Assembly (NCBI GenBank): GCA_963780185.1
Contig: CAWABA010000001.1
Location: forward strand, 256,001 to 320,000
Length of the DNA: 64,000 bases
Direction: 5' to 3'
DNA from: Candidatus Bathyarchaeota archaeon
GTDB taxonomy: Archaea > Thermoproteota > Bathyarchaeia > Bathyarchaeales > Bathycorpusculaceae
The position numbers and the translations under genes were made by a program. The notes beneath the pieces are model-generated. The model searched no databases, was not told the DNA's origin, and saw nothing but the letters and a program-made list of their open reading frames with translations. This document shows, in pieces, positions 41,867-52,212 of the stretch. How positions within the stretch are numbered: position 1 is the first letter of the stretch; every line of letters starts with the position of its first letter.

Positions 41867-42643
41867 ATGAAAATCTCTTCTAAAATGCTGAAAACTTCGG
41901 TTTTTACTTTCTTAGCCATCCTTCTCGTTGTCGGCGCCAGTCCATTTCTCTGCACAGTCAAAGCGCAATCAACCGCTAGTGTAACCATCGTCTCCTCTAT
42001 AGGCGGAACAACCAGTCCAGGCCCAGGAACCCAACTTTACTCAAGCGGTGTTTCGGAGACGGTTACTGCGACCCCGGATGCTGGGTACTTCTTTGACCAC
42101 TGGATTCTACTTGAACCAGAGTCGGGACCAACAGTCTACACTGATAATCCTTTGACTCTTTCGTTACCTGCGGGAATCTACCAGTTGCAGCCCGTGTTCG
42201 GAATATTCAACGTGACCATACCGATCGCCCTCCCTGGTCCAGCACCTGTCACAACTGATGCCGTCGTCGTTGTCGTGTACGGTGTCGGCGGAACAACGAA
42301 CCCTGGTCCAGGAACCTATCTTTTGGCAAATGCTGCATCGCTTAATCTGATGGCGACTCCCCTTAGCGGCTGGAAATTTGACCATTGGGTGATCGGCGGT
42401 TACCCGATGTCTCACGGATCCTACAGTTTCACTGATACTCCAACAGATAACCCATACAACGTGAATCACGGGTACGGAAACGCCTACTACTATCAGCCGG
42501 TGTTCTCTTTAGTCAGCAGCTCATCTGCCACTCCAACTGCTACAACACCTGAGTTTTCAAGTGCGGCGGTAATCGGCGTGGTTGTTGCCTTAATTGCGGT
42601 GCTGCTGGCTTCGGGGCTATATGCATACGGGAAAAGAAAGTAA
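41867..42643 (+). CDS. Secreted surface protein with two InlB-B-like beta repeats and PEF-CTERM anchor
   Basis: Signal …TVKA|Q; two GGTT.PGPG…ATP..G..FDHW repeats; TPEF + TM + KRK. Confidence 0.8.
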   Translation: MKISSKMLKTSVFTFLAILLVVGASPFLCTVKAQSTASVTIVSSIGGTTSPGPGTQLYSSGVSETVTATPDAGYFFDHWILLEPESGPTVYTDNPLTLSLPAGIYQLQPVFGIFNVTIPIALPGPAPVTTDAVVVVVYGVGGTTNPGPGTYLLANAASLNLMATPLSGWKFDHWVIGGYPMSHGSYSFTDTPTDNPYNVNHGYGNAYYYQPVFSLVSSSSATPTATTPEFSSAAVIGVVVALIAVLLASGLYAYGKRK

Positions 42644-42909
42644 CTTCCCACCTTTTTTTGTTTCAACCAATTTAGAAAAGTTCAGGCAAATTCTCGGACA
42701 GACACGGATAGCATGCTATTTTTGGTTTTCCCAGTGGTTCTACGTTTCAGTTTTAAAGCATTTGGAGAAAAGCATTGAACCGCAAGTTAAAATCATTGAA
42801 AACTGCGGCTTTAACATTTTTTCTTTGAAGGGCTGTTTTTAAGCAAAGCATAAGAAATCGTGTTTCCTTCCTCATTGGCGGTAACGATTAGGGAAAGAGG
42901 GCGCGGCAG

Positions 42910-44643
42910 ATGAGTGGGAAACGAGTTGTAGGTGGAAAAGTTGTGATGGGCGTCGCAGCTTTGTGTATCGTTTTGTTGGTCATTACGGTTGGTTTTTTGG
43001 GGTATCAAAATCTGAGTTTCCAGAGTCAAGCGTCGTCTGAAAAAGCGACGGTTGCTTCTTTAAACGCGAGATTGAACTCAGCGATTGATTCGCTCAACGG
43101 TCTAAACGCGACTGTTGCCTCTCTTCAAAATCAAGTGACGTCGGATAATGCCACGAACACAGATCTTCAGGGGCGGCTTGAAAACAAAACCGTTTCTCTT
43201 ACCTCAGCAAACAACCAAGTTTCACGCCTGCAAAATTTGCTTTTTTATGACGACGCGAACATAAAAGACCAACAAAACCAAATTTCGACGGATCAATTAA
43301 CGATTAACGGTTTGAAGGCGCAAATATCCAACCTGCAGTCAACCTTGGCGAACTGGAATGCCCCCGTCATCGACGGCTTTAGCTTGGTTCAGATTACTGA
43401 CACTCAGTACCTCAGTGACAAGAACCCTGCATTATTGAATACTTTGACCAGCTGGATAGTGAACAACAACGTCGCTTTGAATGTTTCAATGGTCATACAC
43501 ACCGGCGACCTTGTGCAGAGCCCCGACAACGCCTCAAACTGGCAGAACGCCAACGCTGCCATGATGCAGTTCTACAACAATGGGGTTCCATACTGCTGGT
43601 GTGCGGGAAATCATGATTTCATCGGTGAAACTAGCCCGGCTGGGAATGATGATGGTTACTGGTTAGGTGGCGGATACTCTGCCTTTAACGTTTCAGCTAT
43701 GCAGCAGGAACCCTATTGGACAGCAAGTATTTTTGGCGGTTCAAGCACGGCGGTGCAATTTAGCTACGGCAACTACCGTTTCATGGTCATCAACGTAGCC
43801 TACGACTCTAACCAAACCGTTCTTGACTGGATGCAGACCCTTCTCAAATGCAACCCGAACGACAACGTGATTGTTACAACCCACAACTTTCTAAATGGGA
43901 ACGGCACGTACGGGTATACGGTGAGCCCTGAGGATGTCGATTGGGCTGAGAACTTTGAAAGCATCTTGAGCAACTACACGAACGTGTTTATGACGTTGAA
44001 TGGACATGATGTCGGGGAAGGCGTGGCAAGCACGCAACGGATCGGGAACAGAGAAGAAATCTTTTTCAATAGACAAGAACTCGACGCCGAGACAGGTGCC
44101 GCATGTGCGAGGATCTACACTTTCAACATGAGCAATCCCTCGCATCCAGTCGTAAACGTCTACACTTACCAAACGTACTCTAACTCGAATGGCGGACCAG
44201 CATACCTGACCGACCAACCGAACCAATTCAGTTTCACATCGAACCTGACTGCCTATTCGCCGCAAACCGTCAGTCTTGCAGGTGGCACTTCGTTTTTGGG
44301 TTCAAGCGGCTTTAACACAACTTTCGCAAACCCCATAACGCTGGCAGCTTACAACCAGACAGGTAACCTGCTGAGATTCTACAACTTGACTTTGAACGGT
44401 TACACCTCTAACTTGACTGTGAGTTCAGTCGGCGCCAACATCGTCATAGGCAACTCCAACTCCACAAGCCTGTCCTACACGGTTAACGCAGGCGGCGGCA
44501 CACAAACCTTCTTGCTAAACACGCAGCCGACTTCAGTAATCATTGACGGTGCATCAGTCGCCAATGGTCACGGCTGGAGCTACCTGAACGGCGTCGTTAC
44601 AGTTACAGGCGCAACCAAATCAGTAACAGTCAACCTAACGTAG
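42910..44643 (+). CDS. Membrane-anchored calcineurin-like metallophosphoesterase on a coiled-coil stalk
   Basis: N-terminal TM; coiled coil; TDTQ, HTGDLV, GNHD, TTH and NGH motifs. Confidence 0.85.
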   Translation: MSGKRVVGGKVVMGVAALCIVLLVITVGFLGYQNLSFQSQASSEKATVASLNARLNSAIDSLNGLNATVASLQNQVTSDNATNTDLQGRLENKTVSLTSANNQVSRLQNLLFYDDANIKDQQNQISTDQLTINGLKAQISNLQSTLANWNAPVIDGFSLVQITDTQYLSDKNPALLNTLTSWIVNNNVALNVSMVIHTGDLVQSPDNASNWQNANAAMMQFYNNGVPYCWCAGNHDFIGETSPAGNDDGYWLGGGYSAFNVSAMQQEPYWTASIFGGSSTAVQFSYGNYRFMVINVAYDSNQTVLDWMQTLLKCNPNDNVIVTTHNFLNGNGTYGYTVSPEDVDWAENFESILSNYTNVFMTLNGHDVGEGVASTQRIGNREEIFFNRQELDAETGAACARIYTFNMSNPSHPVVNVYTYQTYSNSNGGPAYLTDQPNQFSFTSNLTAYSPQTVSLAGGTSFLGSSGFNTTFANPITLAAYNQTGNLLRFYNLTLNGYTSNLTVSSVGANIVIGNSNSTSLSYTVNAGGGTQTFLLNTQPTSVIIDGASVANGHGWSYLNGVVTVTGATKSVTVNLT

Positions 44644-44913
44644 CTTGCCAAAATCAGCGTTTTATGCCTCAGATTTGGCAAATTTTTCATTTTGTAACTT
44701 TGTAGATGGCGACTTGGTCGTTTTTGAAGACAGAAGTGAACATGGGGTCATCTGAGTACCGTGGTCAGTCTTGCAGTCGGCGTCGCCTTAAGAAAACGAT
44801 CCAAAACCAAAGCATAAAAATTCGGTTCACAAAAGCAAGTTCAGACGCTTCCAGTTCTTCCTCTTTTTTGGCGCTGTGACCTTTCTTTTTTGCCAAAATT
44901 GCCCTATCGGAAG

Positions 44914-45738
44914 TTAGGGTTTGTTTTCGGCTACAAGTTTTATCTGATAGAGGCTTGACCAATCTTTGCCTGTCACAAAAAGTCTGTCGCTTTGCGGGTC
45001 ATACGCAATGCCGTTGAGTACCGCGCCGTGGTTGGTTTTGCTGGCAACTGAGGCTGGCAGCCCCGTGAGGTCTATCCACGCCTTGACCTGTCCCGTGTCA
45101 GGGTTGATTATGGCGATTTTGTTTGTCATCCAGATGTTGGCGTAGACGTCTCCGTTGATGTAGCAAAGCGAGTTGATCATGGTCACGGTTGAGTTTCCAT
45201 CATGAACGTCAACTTCTCCGATGCGTTGATAAGTTGTTGCGTTTAAGAAGTACAGGTGGTCTGAGCCGTCGCTCATGATTAACTCTTTTCCATCGTAGGC
45301 TAAGCCCCAGCCCTGCGTTGGGTAGGTGAAGTTGCCTTTTACCGCGAACGATGTTTTGTCGTAGATGAAGCCTATGTTGGTTATGTAGGTTAGCTGGATG
45401 ATTTTGTCGTTGACGACGGCTATGCCCTCTGCGAAGTAAGGGATTGGCAACGTGTACTCTTGCAGGATTTTTCCTGTGGTTAAGTCGACTTGGCGCAAAG
45501 TTGAAACGTAGTCGGGGCTGTTTCCGCTGCCGCTGCTTTCGTACAGGTTGCCATCGGAATACCATAGTCCTTCCGTGAAGGAGCTTGTGTCATGCGGGTA
45601 AGTTTTTACAATCGTGTAAGTGTAAAATGAATCCGAAGACACCGCTGAGTTGCCGTTGTTATTGAGCAAAACCAATAGTGAAGCGCCTAGAAATATGGCG
45701 ACTATCAACACTCCCGCTAACACTAACCACTTCTTCAT
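44914..45738 (-). CDS. Glutaminyl-peptide cyclotransferase (type II, beta-propeller), N-terminally anchored
   Basis: YPHDTSSFTEGL, YFAEGIA, QGWGL, MSDGS, YANIW, VLNGIAYD, TGKDW. Confidence 0.92.
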   Translation of the reverse strand: MKKWLVLAGVLIVAIFLGASLLVLLNNNGNSAVSSDSFYTYTIVKTYPHDTSSFTEGLWYSDGNLYESSGSGNSPDYVSTLRQVDLTTGKILQEYTLPIPYFAEGIAVVNDKIIQLTYITNIGFIYDKTSFAVKGNFTYPTQGWGLAYDGKELIMSDGSDHLYFLNATTYQRIGEVDVHDGNSTVTMINSLCYINGDVYANIWMTNKIAIINPDTGQVKAWIDLTGLPASVASKTNHGAVLNGIAYDPQSDRLFVTGKDWSSLYQIKLVAENKP

Positions 45739-45899
45739 TACGCCTTCCCTTTAGCGGTTCTCATTAATATGCCAAACGGAAAAACATCATTCTTCCGGCG
45801 TTTGCGCCTTCGAAACAGAAACCTCAGGCGGAAAACTGGGGCGTACAGTCAACTGGAACAGCGGCACTTATTGGCTTGGCAGTGGTCACGGTTCCTTCA

Positions 45900-47006
45900 T
45901 TATTTGCTGGGCGTCTGCGGCTCTAACAGTATGATTGGTTTATCTGACAATTTCCTCTCCTCCAAAACCTTTCGCATGTCTTTAGGTTTGACGGCGAAGA
46001 GGTTTCTTGCCCCCATAATTTGGACGCAGATGAAACTTACGAAGAGTGGGAACCAGAAGGAAGCTGTCCTGATGATAATCGCTGCTATGCCGCTTGTTCC
46101 GCTGTTTATGCCGTAGAGGATGAAGATTGTTGCCAGAAGGATGTCGAGGGAACCGACCGAGAAGCTGGCTATGGCGTCTTGAAATGCCGTGGCGACAAAG
46201 TAGACAACTATGTAGAACACGGGTGACGGCGCGGGAATGCCTAATGCGTAGAAAACAAAAATGTAAACTGAAAGTCCGAGGACATAAGCTGCAATGTGGA
46301 ACATGAAGGGTTTGGCTAAGGCTCTGGGGTTTTCACGGAACACTTTGAACCCTTGATAGAAGCTTGAAAGAGTCTCTTTGACTTTAGCTAAATCCTCAGG
46401 CGAATTCTTGTTTGGGCGTATCCGCTTGTTTACTTTGAAGTACAGTTTTGCAAATATGTCAGCTGCTCCTTCATAGAACGCTAAAACCAACAGAACTGCA
46501 AGGTAAGCGACGGATCCCATCACTAAAAGGATGAATAAGTTGCCAATCATCGGCGGAACATCTGTTTTTGAAAGCACCAAGAGCGCGCCGGCGAATAGTC
46601 CTGTGGTAACTACGCTGTAGGCAACTATGCGGTTAGTCACCGACGAAGCGGCTATTGCACCGTAGTTTTCGTTGGTTTCTTTTTGAACAAGGTATAGCCG
46701 CGTTACTTCGCCGCAGACTGTTGCGCATGGAACGATTAAGTCAGCGAAGTTGCCGACCCAATAGTACAGATACGATTTCTTGTAGGAAATTTTGATAGAC
46801 AGCTTTCTCAAGATGCTGTTCCACGCTGCTGACCAGCAAAAAACCGACGCCAAAACCGCTAGGATAGCCAGAGAATAGTAGAGGGCGTACTGCATTGGGT
46901 TGATGCTTTTTAGGACAAGCAGGATTTGGGATGAGCCGATGAAAAAGTAGAGGTAAACAAAGAAGACTACCAAGCCTAAAACCATGAATATTAACGACTT
47001 TTTCAA
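45900..47006 (-). CDS. Lysylphosphatidylglycerol-synthase TM / flippase-like (UPF0104) membrane protein
   Basis: Multi-TM; GEVTRLYLV; IIRTASFWFP. Confidence 0.8.
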   Translation of the reverse strand: MKKSLIFMVLGLVVFFVYLYFFIGSSQILLVLKSINPMQYALYYSLAILAVLASVFCWSAAWNSILRKLSIKISYKKSYLYYWVGNFADLIVPCATVCGEVTRLYLVQKETNENYGAIAASSVTNRIVAYSVVTTGLFAGALLVLSKTDVPPMIGNLFILLVMGSVAYLAVLLVLAFYEGAADIFAKLYFKVNKRIRPNKNSPEDLAKVKETLSSFYQGFKVFRENPRALAKPFMFHIAAYVLGLSVYIFVFYALGIPAPSPVFYIVVYFVATAFQDAIASFSVGSLDILLATIFILYGINSGTSGIAAIIIRTASFWFPLFVSFICVQIMGARNLFAVKPKDMRKVLEERKLSDKPIILLEPQTPSK

Positions 47007-47269
47007 CGAAAGGTACTTGGATGCATACAGTTTGCTTTTCCTCCTCGCTTTGGCTAAAATGCTTGACGGCTACAATGGATTCTATGGCTGTATAATTGCC
47101 CCTTGCTGGTTTAAGTAACTTACGCATGGACATTTCCTTTTAAGCCATCAAGTTTCTTCTTCAGAAAGAACGCGTTTTGTGGTTTCTTAAGAAAAATGGG
47201 TTACCGAAAAAAAGTTTGATTCGTCTTTTGGTAATAAAAAGAGGAGATTACTGCAATCTCCATTATGTT

Positions 47270-48013
47270 TTACGCGTTGTTGTTGGTGACTATCTGGTGC
47301 GGTGTAGAGACATGAAGCAGCGAGTCGCCTGCTGAAGTCATCGTGAAAGAAAATGTGTTTGAGTCGATTGAGCCGCTGAGGTTCAAGTCAAAGGTTAGGC
47401 CGTTGCCTGAGTCGCCTTGAGCGTTTGCAGTGACTTGCGAGCCGGAAACTGTGCCGACGAAATTGAAGACTGTGCCTCCGTTGCCGTCAGTTTGGATTAC
47501 TTGCTGAAGGCTTCCTGAAACACTTGTCGGCGTAAGTTCTAAGCTAAACTGTATGGTGTTTCCATCTTGTTGAACTGGAACATTGATGTTTGCCGTTAGG
47601 GTTCCTGAATAGGAGTTTCCGTCAGATTGCATGGAAACTTGGAATTGGCCGCTGCCTCCGTAGCTTGCTGTTACGTTGGTTGGCGATGGATTGTTATTGG
47701 TCATTGAGGGTTGGTTTTGGTTGTTGTTATTGTTGTTATTTTGGTTGTTGTCATTTGGGTTGTTATTATTATTGTTGTTATCGTTCGGGCTGCTGTTGTA
47801 ATTGTTGTTGTTATTGTTTTGATTGTTGTTATTGTTGTTGCCGTTGCCGAGGAATCCGATGTTTACGCCCATCTTCTGAAGTTCAGGTCCCACCACTGCG
47901 AAGCTTAAGTATCCTCCAAGTATCATTCCGACGAAAAGAGTCAAAACCACTATGCCGACAACTTTGCCGAGACCCACGGAGTGTCCTTTCTTTCTTGGTT
48001 TTTCTTCACCCAT
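47270..48013 (-). CDS. Membrane-anchored protein with poly-Asn linker and beta-rich domain
   Basis: N-terminal TM; ~45-aa Asn/Gln tract encoded by AAC/AAT repeats at ~47710-47840. Confidence 0.75.
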   Translation of the reverse strand: MGEEKPRKKGHSVGLGKVVGIVVLTLFVGMILGGYLSFAVVGPELQKMGVNIGFLGNGNNNNNNQNNNNNNYNSSPNDNNNNNNNPNDNNQNNNNNNNQNQPSMTNNNPSPTNVTASYGGSGQFQVSMQSDGNSYSGTLTANINVPVQQDGNTIQFSLELTPTSVSGSLQQVIQTDGNGGTVFNFVGTVSGSQVTANAQGDSGNGLTFDLNLSGSIDSNTFSFTMTSAGDSLLHVSTPHQIVTNNNA

Positions 48014-48269
48014 TTTAGTTTACCTTCTCTATTCCTTTAGAACGTGAATTGGCGGCTTCATGGTTTATAAGACTTTCATGAATAACGTTTTTTATCATTG
48101 TTTAACATCTCGAATCAGTTTTTCACTTTCAAGAGTGCATTTTTTTCTGCAACATTTTCCGTTAAACCGTCTTTCTAAGACTCGCTTGAAAATGAATAAA
48201 TGCGTTATGAATTGGTGATTTGAATCCGGAATATCCTGAGTTAGTTTTTAATTACTAGACCTAAATAAT

Positions 48270-49139
48270 ATGTTCAGCACAAAGGTTGTCTCCGTGGTTA
48301 AAATCAAGGGTTTGCTTCAACTGCTAAGGCCATTGAACTGCATAGTTATGAGTTTCGCAGTTCTCGTAGCCGCGAGCTTAGCAGGCATCAGCACAATTCA
48401 TTGGCTTAACCTAGTTTACGGAGCAGTAACCGCTTTCACTTTGTGTGGGGCTGCAATGGCGGTCAACGACTACTACGATTTTGACATAGACAAAGTAAAT
48501 GAGCCTTCACGTCCAATCCCAAGCGGCGCAGTCTCCAAACGAGCAGCCTTGGCGTTAACAGGTGCTTTAACGGTTATAGGTTTAGCTTCCGCCTTTCTCA
48601 TCAGCCTCTATTGTCTTCTATTTGCGTTTGCCGCCTGGGTAATCATGATGGCTTACTCAACCGTTGGGAAACGGAGGGGATTTGCGGGTAACCTGCTGGT
48701 CAGCGCATGTGTAGCCGCGCCTTTTCTATTCGGCAGCCTAGTAGTGGTCAACACAATCAGAATCAACATCTTGCTTTTTGCGTCCATGGCTTTTCTTTCA
48801 AACACGGGACGAGAAATCGCCAAAGGCATCGTTGATGTTCAAGGCGACAGCTTAAGCAAAATCAAAACCCTCGCCGTAACATTAGGCGAGCGAAAAGCGG
48901 CTTACGCGGCTTCCGTCTTTTTTATCTTCGCCGTCTGCCTGTCACCTCTTCCGCTGGTTTTCAGTTTAGTCTCTATATGGTTTGTTCCGTTCGTGTTGGT
49001 GACGGACGTCGGGTTAGTTTGGTGTTCAGCGCGGTTGATTAGAAATCCTTCAAGGGAGAATGCTCGTCAAATAAAGAAGATTGTTCTTTTCCTCTTCGTT
49101 TTTGGTTTGCTGTCGTTTATTTTCGGAAAGTTCGGATGA
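48270..49139 (+). CDS. Digeranylgeranylglyceryl-phosphate synthase (UbiA family)
   Basis: LLRPLN, NDYYDFDIDKVNEPSRPIPSG, REIAKGIVDVQGD. Confidence 0.88.
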   Translation: MFSTKVVSVVKIKGLLQLLRPLNCIVMSFAVLVAASLAGISTIHWLNLVYGAVTAFTLCGAAMAVNDYYDFDIDKVNEPSRPIPSGAVSKRAALALTGALTVIGLASAFLISLYCLLFAFAAWVIMMAYSTVGKRRGFAGNLLVSACVAAPFLFGSLVVVNTIRINILLFASMAFLSNTGREIAKGIVDVQGDSLSKIKTLAVTLGERKAAYAASVFFIFAVCLSPLPLVFSLVSIWFVPFVLVTDVGLVWCSARLIRNPSRENARQIKKIVLFLFVFGLLSFIFGKFG

Positions 49140-49424
49140 AAGCTTTCACCGAGCCGAGCTTAAAGATTGGGTCTTTGTAGTTTTCGAATAATTCTTAGCT
49201 GAAGCAGATTTTCAGTTTGTCATTTCTCAAAGTCGCTTCCACGGTTGATTTTAGGGTGAAATCGCGATTGACCCATCTTTGGCGTCTTAAAATCGGTCGT
49301 AAGCAACCGCTTGTCTGTTCATACTTTGATACATATCAATCTGCACGTTTTTGACCATGCATGTATCATCTGAAGCAAAGTCTTATATGTAAAACGCTTC
49401 AAAACATATTGCCACGGTGAAAAA

Positions 49425-51096
49425 TTGAAAATAAAAGACGTAAAAGCAGTTAGCCGACTCGTCATTGTTGTCATAATCATCGCAGTTTTGCTTATCGCAG
49501 GCGTAGCCGCAGGCTTATTCTACACCAGCACTCATCCCTCGGCAGCTAAGAAAGACACACTCGTCATAGGCACAACCGACTCCGTCGAGACAACCATCGA
49601 CCCGGCGGACGCATACGACTTCTTCGGCTGGGAAATGATAGAATCCCTTGGTTCACCGCTCGTTCAATATCAACCCGGATCTGACACCATTGTTCCAGAC
49701 CTCGCTACCTCTTGGACGGTTTCAAGCGACGGCTTGCATTGGACCTTCGACCTGAGACAAGGTGTACACTTCGACAATGGAATGCCATTCAACGCCACCT
49801 CAGTGGTATACAGCTTCGACAGAAACATTGGAATAAACGACCCTGATGGTCCATACGTAGGCATAGGCTACGGAGGCCCCGGAGGCATCATCGGCAACAT
49901 AACCGCACTCTCCACTTACCAAGTTGAGTTCAACCTAAATATTCCCTTTGCAGCCTTCCTTTCGCTGATGGCATGTCAAGCGTCATGCATCGTTGACCCA
50001 GAGTACACTTCGATGCATGGATCCTCTTGGAGTGTTAGCGACGTCGTGCAATACACGGCGAACAACGCCAGAGCAAGCAACCCAATGGGACTCGGACCAT
50101 ACGAACTTTCAGCTTGGGATAGAACCGCTGGAAAAGACACTGAAATTGACCTTACCGCCAACCCGAACTACTGGAACTCCAGTTTGCCCATGACTAAGAA
50201 CTTGATTATCAAGATGTACGCGGATGAATCCTCTCTCGCAGTAGCTATGAAATCAGGTGACGTCGATATTGCATTCAGGCAACTTGCATCCTCAGACATC
50301 GTGAGTATGCAATCAGACAGTAGCCTTAAAGTATGGACTGGCACGGGAGCTTTCATACAGTACCTTTGCATGCAAGAGAAATCTGGTTCAGTCTTCAGCA
50401 ACACAGTTGTCAGGCAAGCAATCGCCTCAGCCGTCAACCGAACAGAACTGGTCAACACGGTATTCCAGGGACAAGCTCAAGCACTCTACAGCATGATACC
50501 CTCAGGCATGTTTGGACATGACGACGCCTTCCAGTCATACGATGCTCCAAACTACACTCTGACCCAGCAACTTTTGGCACCTCTAGGCTACAACTCAAAC
50601 CACAAACTGACTTTCAACCTCTACTATGAATCTTCAGGGCACTATCCATCAAGCCAGCAGCAGGCGTTAGTCCTTCAAGATGCACTCCAGAAAAGCGGCG
50701 TTATATCCGTCAACTTGGTTCCACTAGAACTGGGCAGCATACAAGCAGGCGCGGTCGGCAGGAACAATGCCAGCCTTCATAATGGGTTGGTACCCAGACT
50801 ACATCGACCCAGACGACTACATCTACCCATTCGTTGACTCCAGCGGCGGATCATGGTTAAACATAAACTACAACAGCGCAACTATGGATGGCTTGGTTAA
50901 CCAAGCAAGGGCAGCCACCGACACAACCACAAGACAGCATCTCTACTCGGAGATTAACCAACAAATAGTCACAGATTGCCCGCTAATTCCACTCTACCAA
51001 AGCGGCGCATACGCAGTTTCATCGCCCAATGTACATGGCATCTACCTAGACATTTCGCAACAATGGCGCAACTGGCTGATTTACGAGACTAAGTGA
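49425..51096 (+). CDS. dppA: Peptide ABC transporter substrate-binding protein (family 5), frameshift near 50728
   Basis: IDPADAYD, PDLATSW, LRQGVHFDNG, GLGPY; GWYPDYIDPDDY in the second frame. Confidence 0.88.
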
Positions 51097-51180
51097 TAGG
51101 GGACAAAGAAAGATTCGCAAACTTGATCTTTCAACCCACCTCTTTTCTTTTTTAGTGTTAATTCAAAAAGGGTGAATTGA

Positions 51181-52212
51181 TTGACTCTGAGAACATACAT
51201 CATAACTAGAGTTTTGCTAACTATTCCCATGATATTCATTCTTCTCACAGCAGTATTCGTCATCATGAGGGTGCTGCCGGGCGACCCAGTGATGATGCAT
51301 TTTGACAAGATGGCGTCGCCTGCCACTATCCAAGCAATGCGTGTACAACTGGGTATGAACAAGCCCATCTACCTGCAATACGTGGACTACATTGTCGGCC
51401 TGTTCCAAGGCAACCTTGGAAAATCCATGCAGGACGGCTCCCCTGTGGCGCAGCAGATTTTCTCAGCTTTCCCTGCGACGCTTGAGTTGGCAATATGCGC
51501 CATGACCGTGGCGGTGGGGGTCGGCGTCTTTCTGGGTGTACAAGCATCAAAATCCTACAACAAACCCAAAGACCACGCGATAAGGCTTTTCAGCATAATT
51601 ACTTACGCGATTCCCGTTTTCTTCTTGGGTATGATTTTCCAAATGGTGTTTGGAGTTTGGCTTCATTGGCTGCCGACAGGAGGAAGAATCGCGCCGGGAA
51701 TGGAGCCGACTGGATTAACGATAGGCAGCATTCACATCCAAACTGGCTTGTACACTATTGATAGCCTCCTCGGCGGAAACATAGGTGAATTCGCCCTATC
51801 AGTGGAGTACCTTTTCCTGCCTTCTCTGACTCTAGGATTGGTTCTCAGCGGAGTGTTTGTTCGACTTACAAGAACTAACATGTTCGAAACAATGCGGCTT
51901 GACTTCGTTACGGCAGCTAAAGCCCGCGGACTCAAAGACGAGACCGTGACCTACGGGTACGCTCTTCGCAATGCGTTTCTGCCCGTCTTGACGATGACTG
52001 GTCTCCAGTTCGCCCTGCTTCTCGGCGGAGCCGTATTGACGGAAACCACGTTTTCTTGGCCAGGCCTAGGCACATACCTTGTCGACCGCATAAATTTCCG
52101 TGACTACACAGCTATCCAAGGCGCAGTCGTAGTCTTCGGCATCTTCGTCTCAATTGTAAGTCTAGCTGTGGATCTGCTTTATGCTTACTTGGATCCGAGG
52201 ATTAGACTGTAG
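51181..52212 (+). CDS. dppB: Peptide ABC transporter permease
   Basis: LPGDP, FPATLELA, TAAKARGL EAA loop, YLDPRIR. Confidence 0.92.
   Translation: MTLRTYIITRVLLTIPMIFILLTAVFVIMRVLPGDPVMMHFDKMASPATIQAMRVQLGMNKPIYLQYVDYIVGLFQGNLGKSMQDGSPVAQQIFSAFPATLELAICAMTVAVGVGVFLGVQASKSYNKPKDHAIRLFSIITYAIPVFFLGMIFQMVFGVWLHWLPTGGRIAPGMEPTGLTIGSIHIQTGLYTIDSLLGGNIGEFALSVEYLFLPSLTLGLVLSGVFVRLTRTNMFETMRLDFVTAAKARGLKDETVTYGYALRNAFLPVLTMTGLQFALLLGGAVLTETTFSWPGLGTYLVDRINFRDYTAIQGAVVVFGIFVSIVSLAVDLLYAYLDPRIRL

Noticed and set aside
47590-48018. Cys-rich and Val-rich ORFs on the plus strand
   Set aside because: Antisense shadows of the poly-Asn repeat
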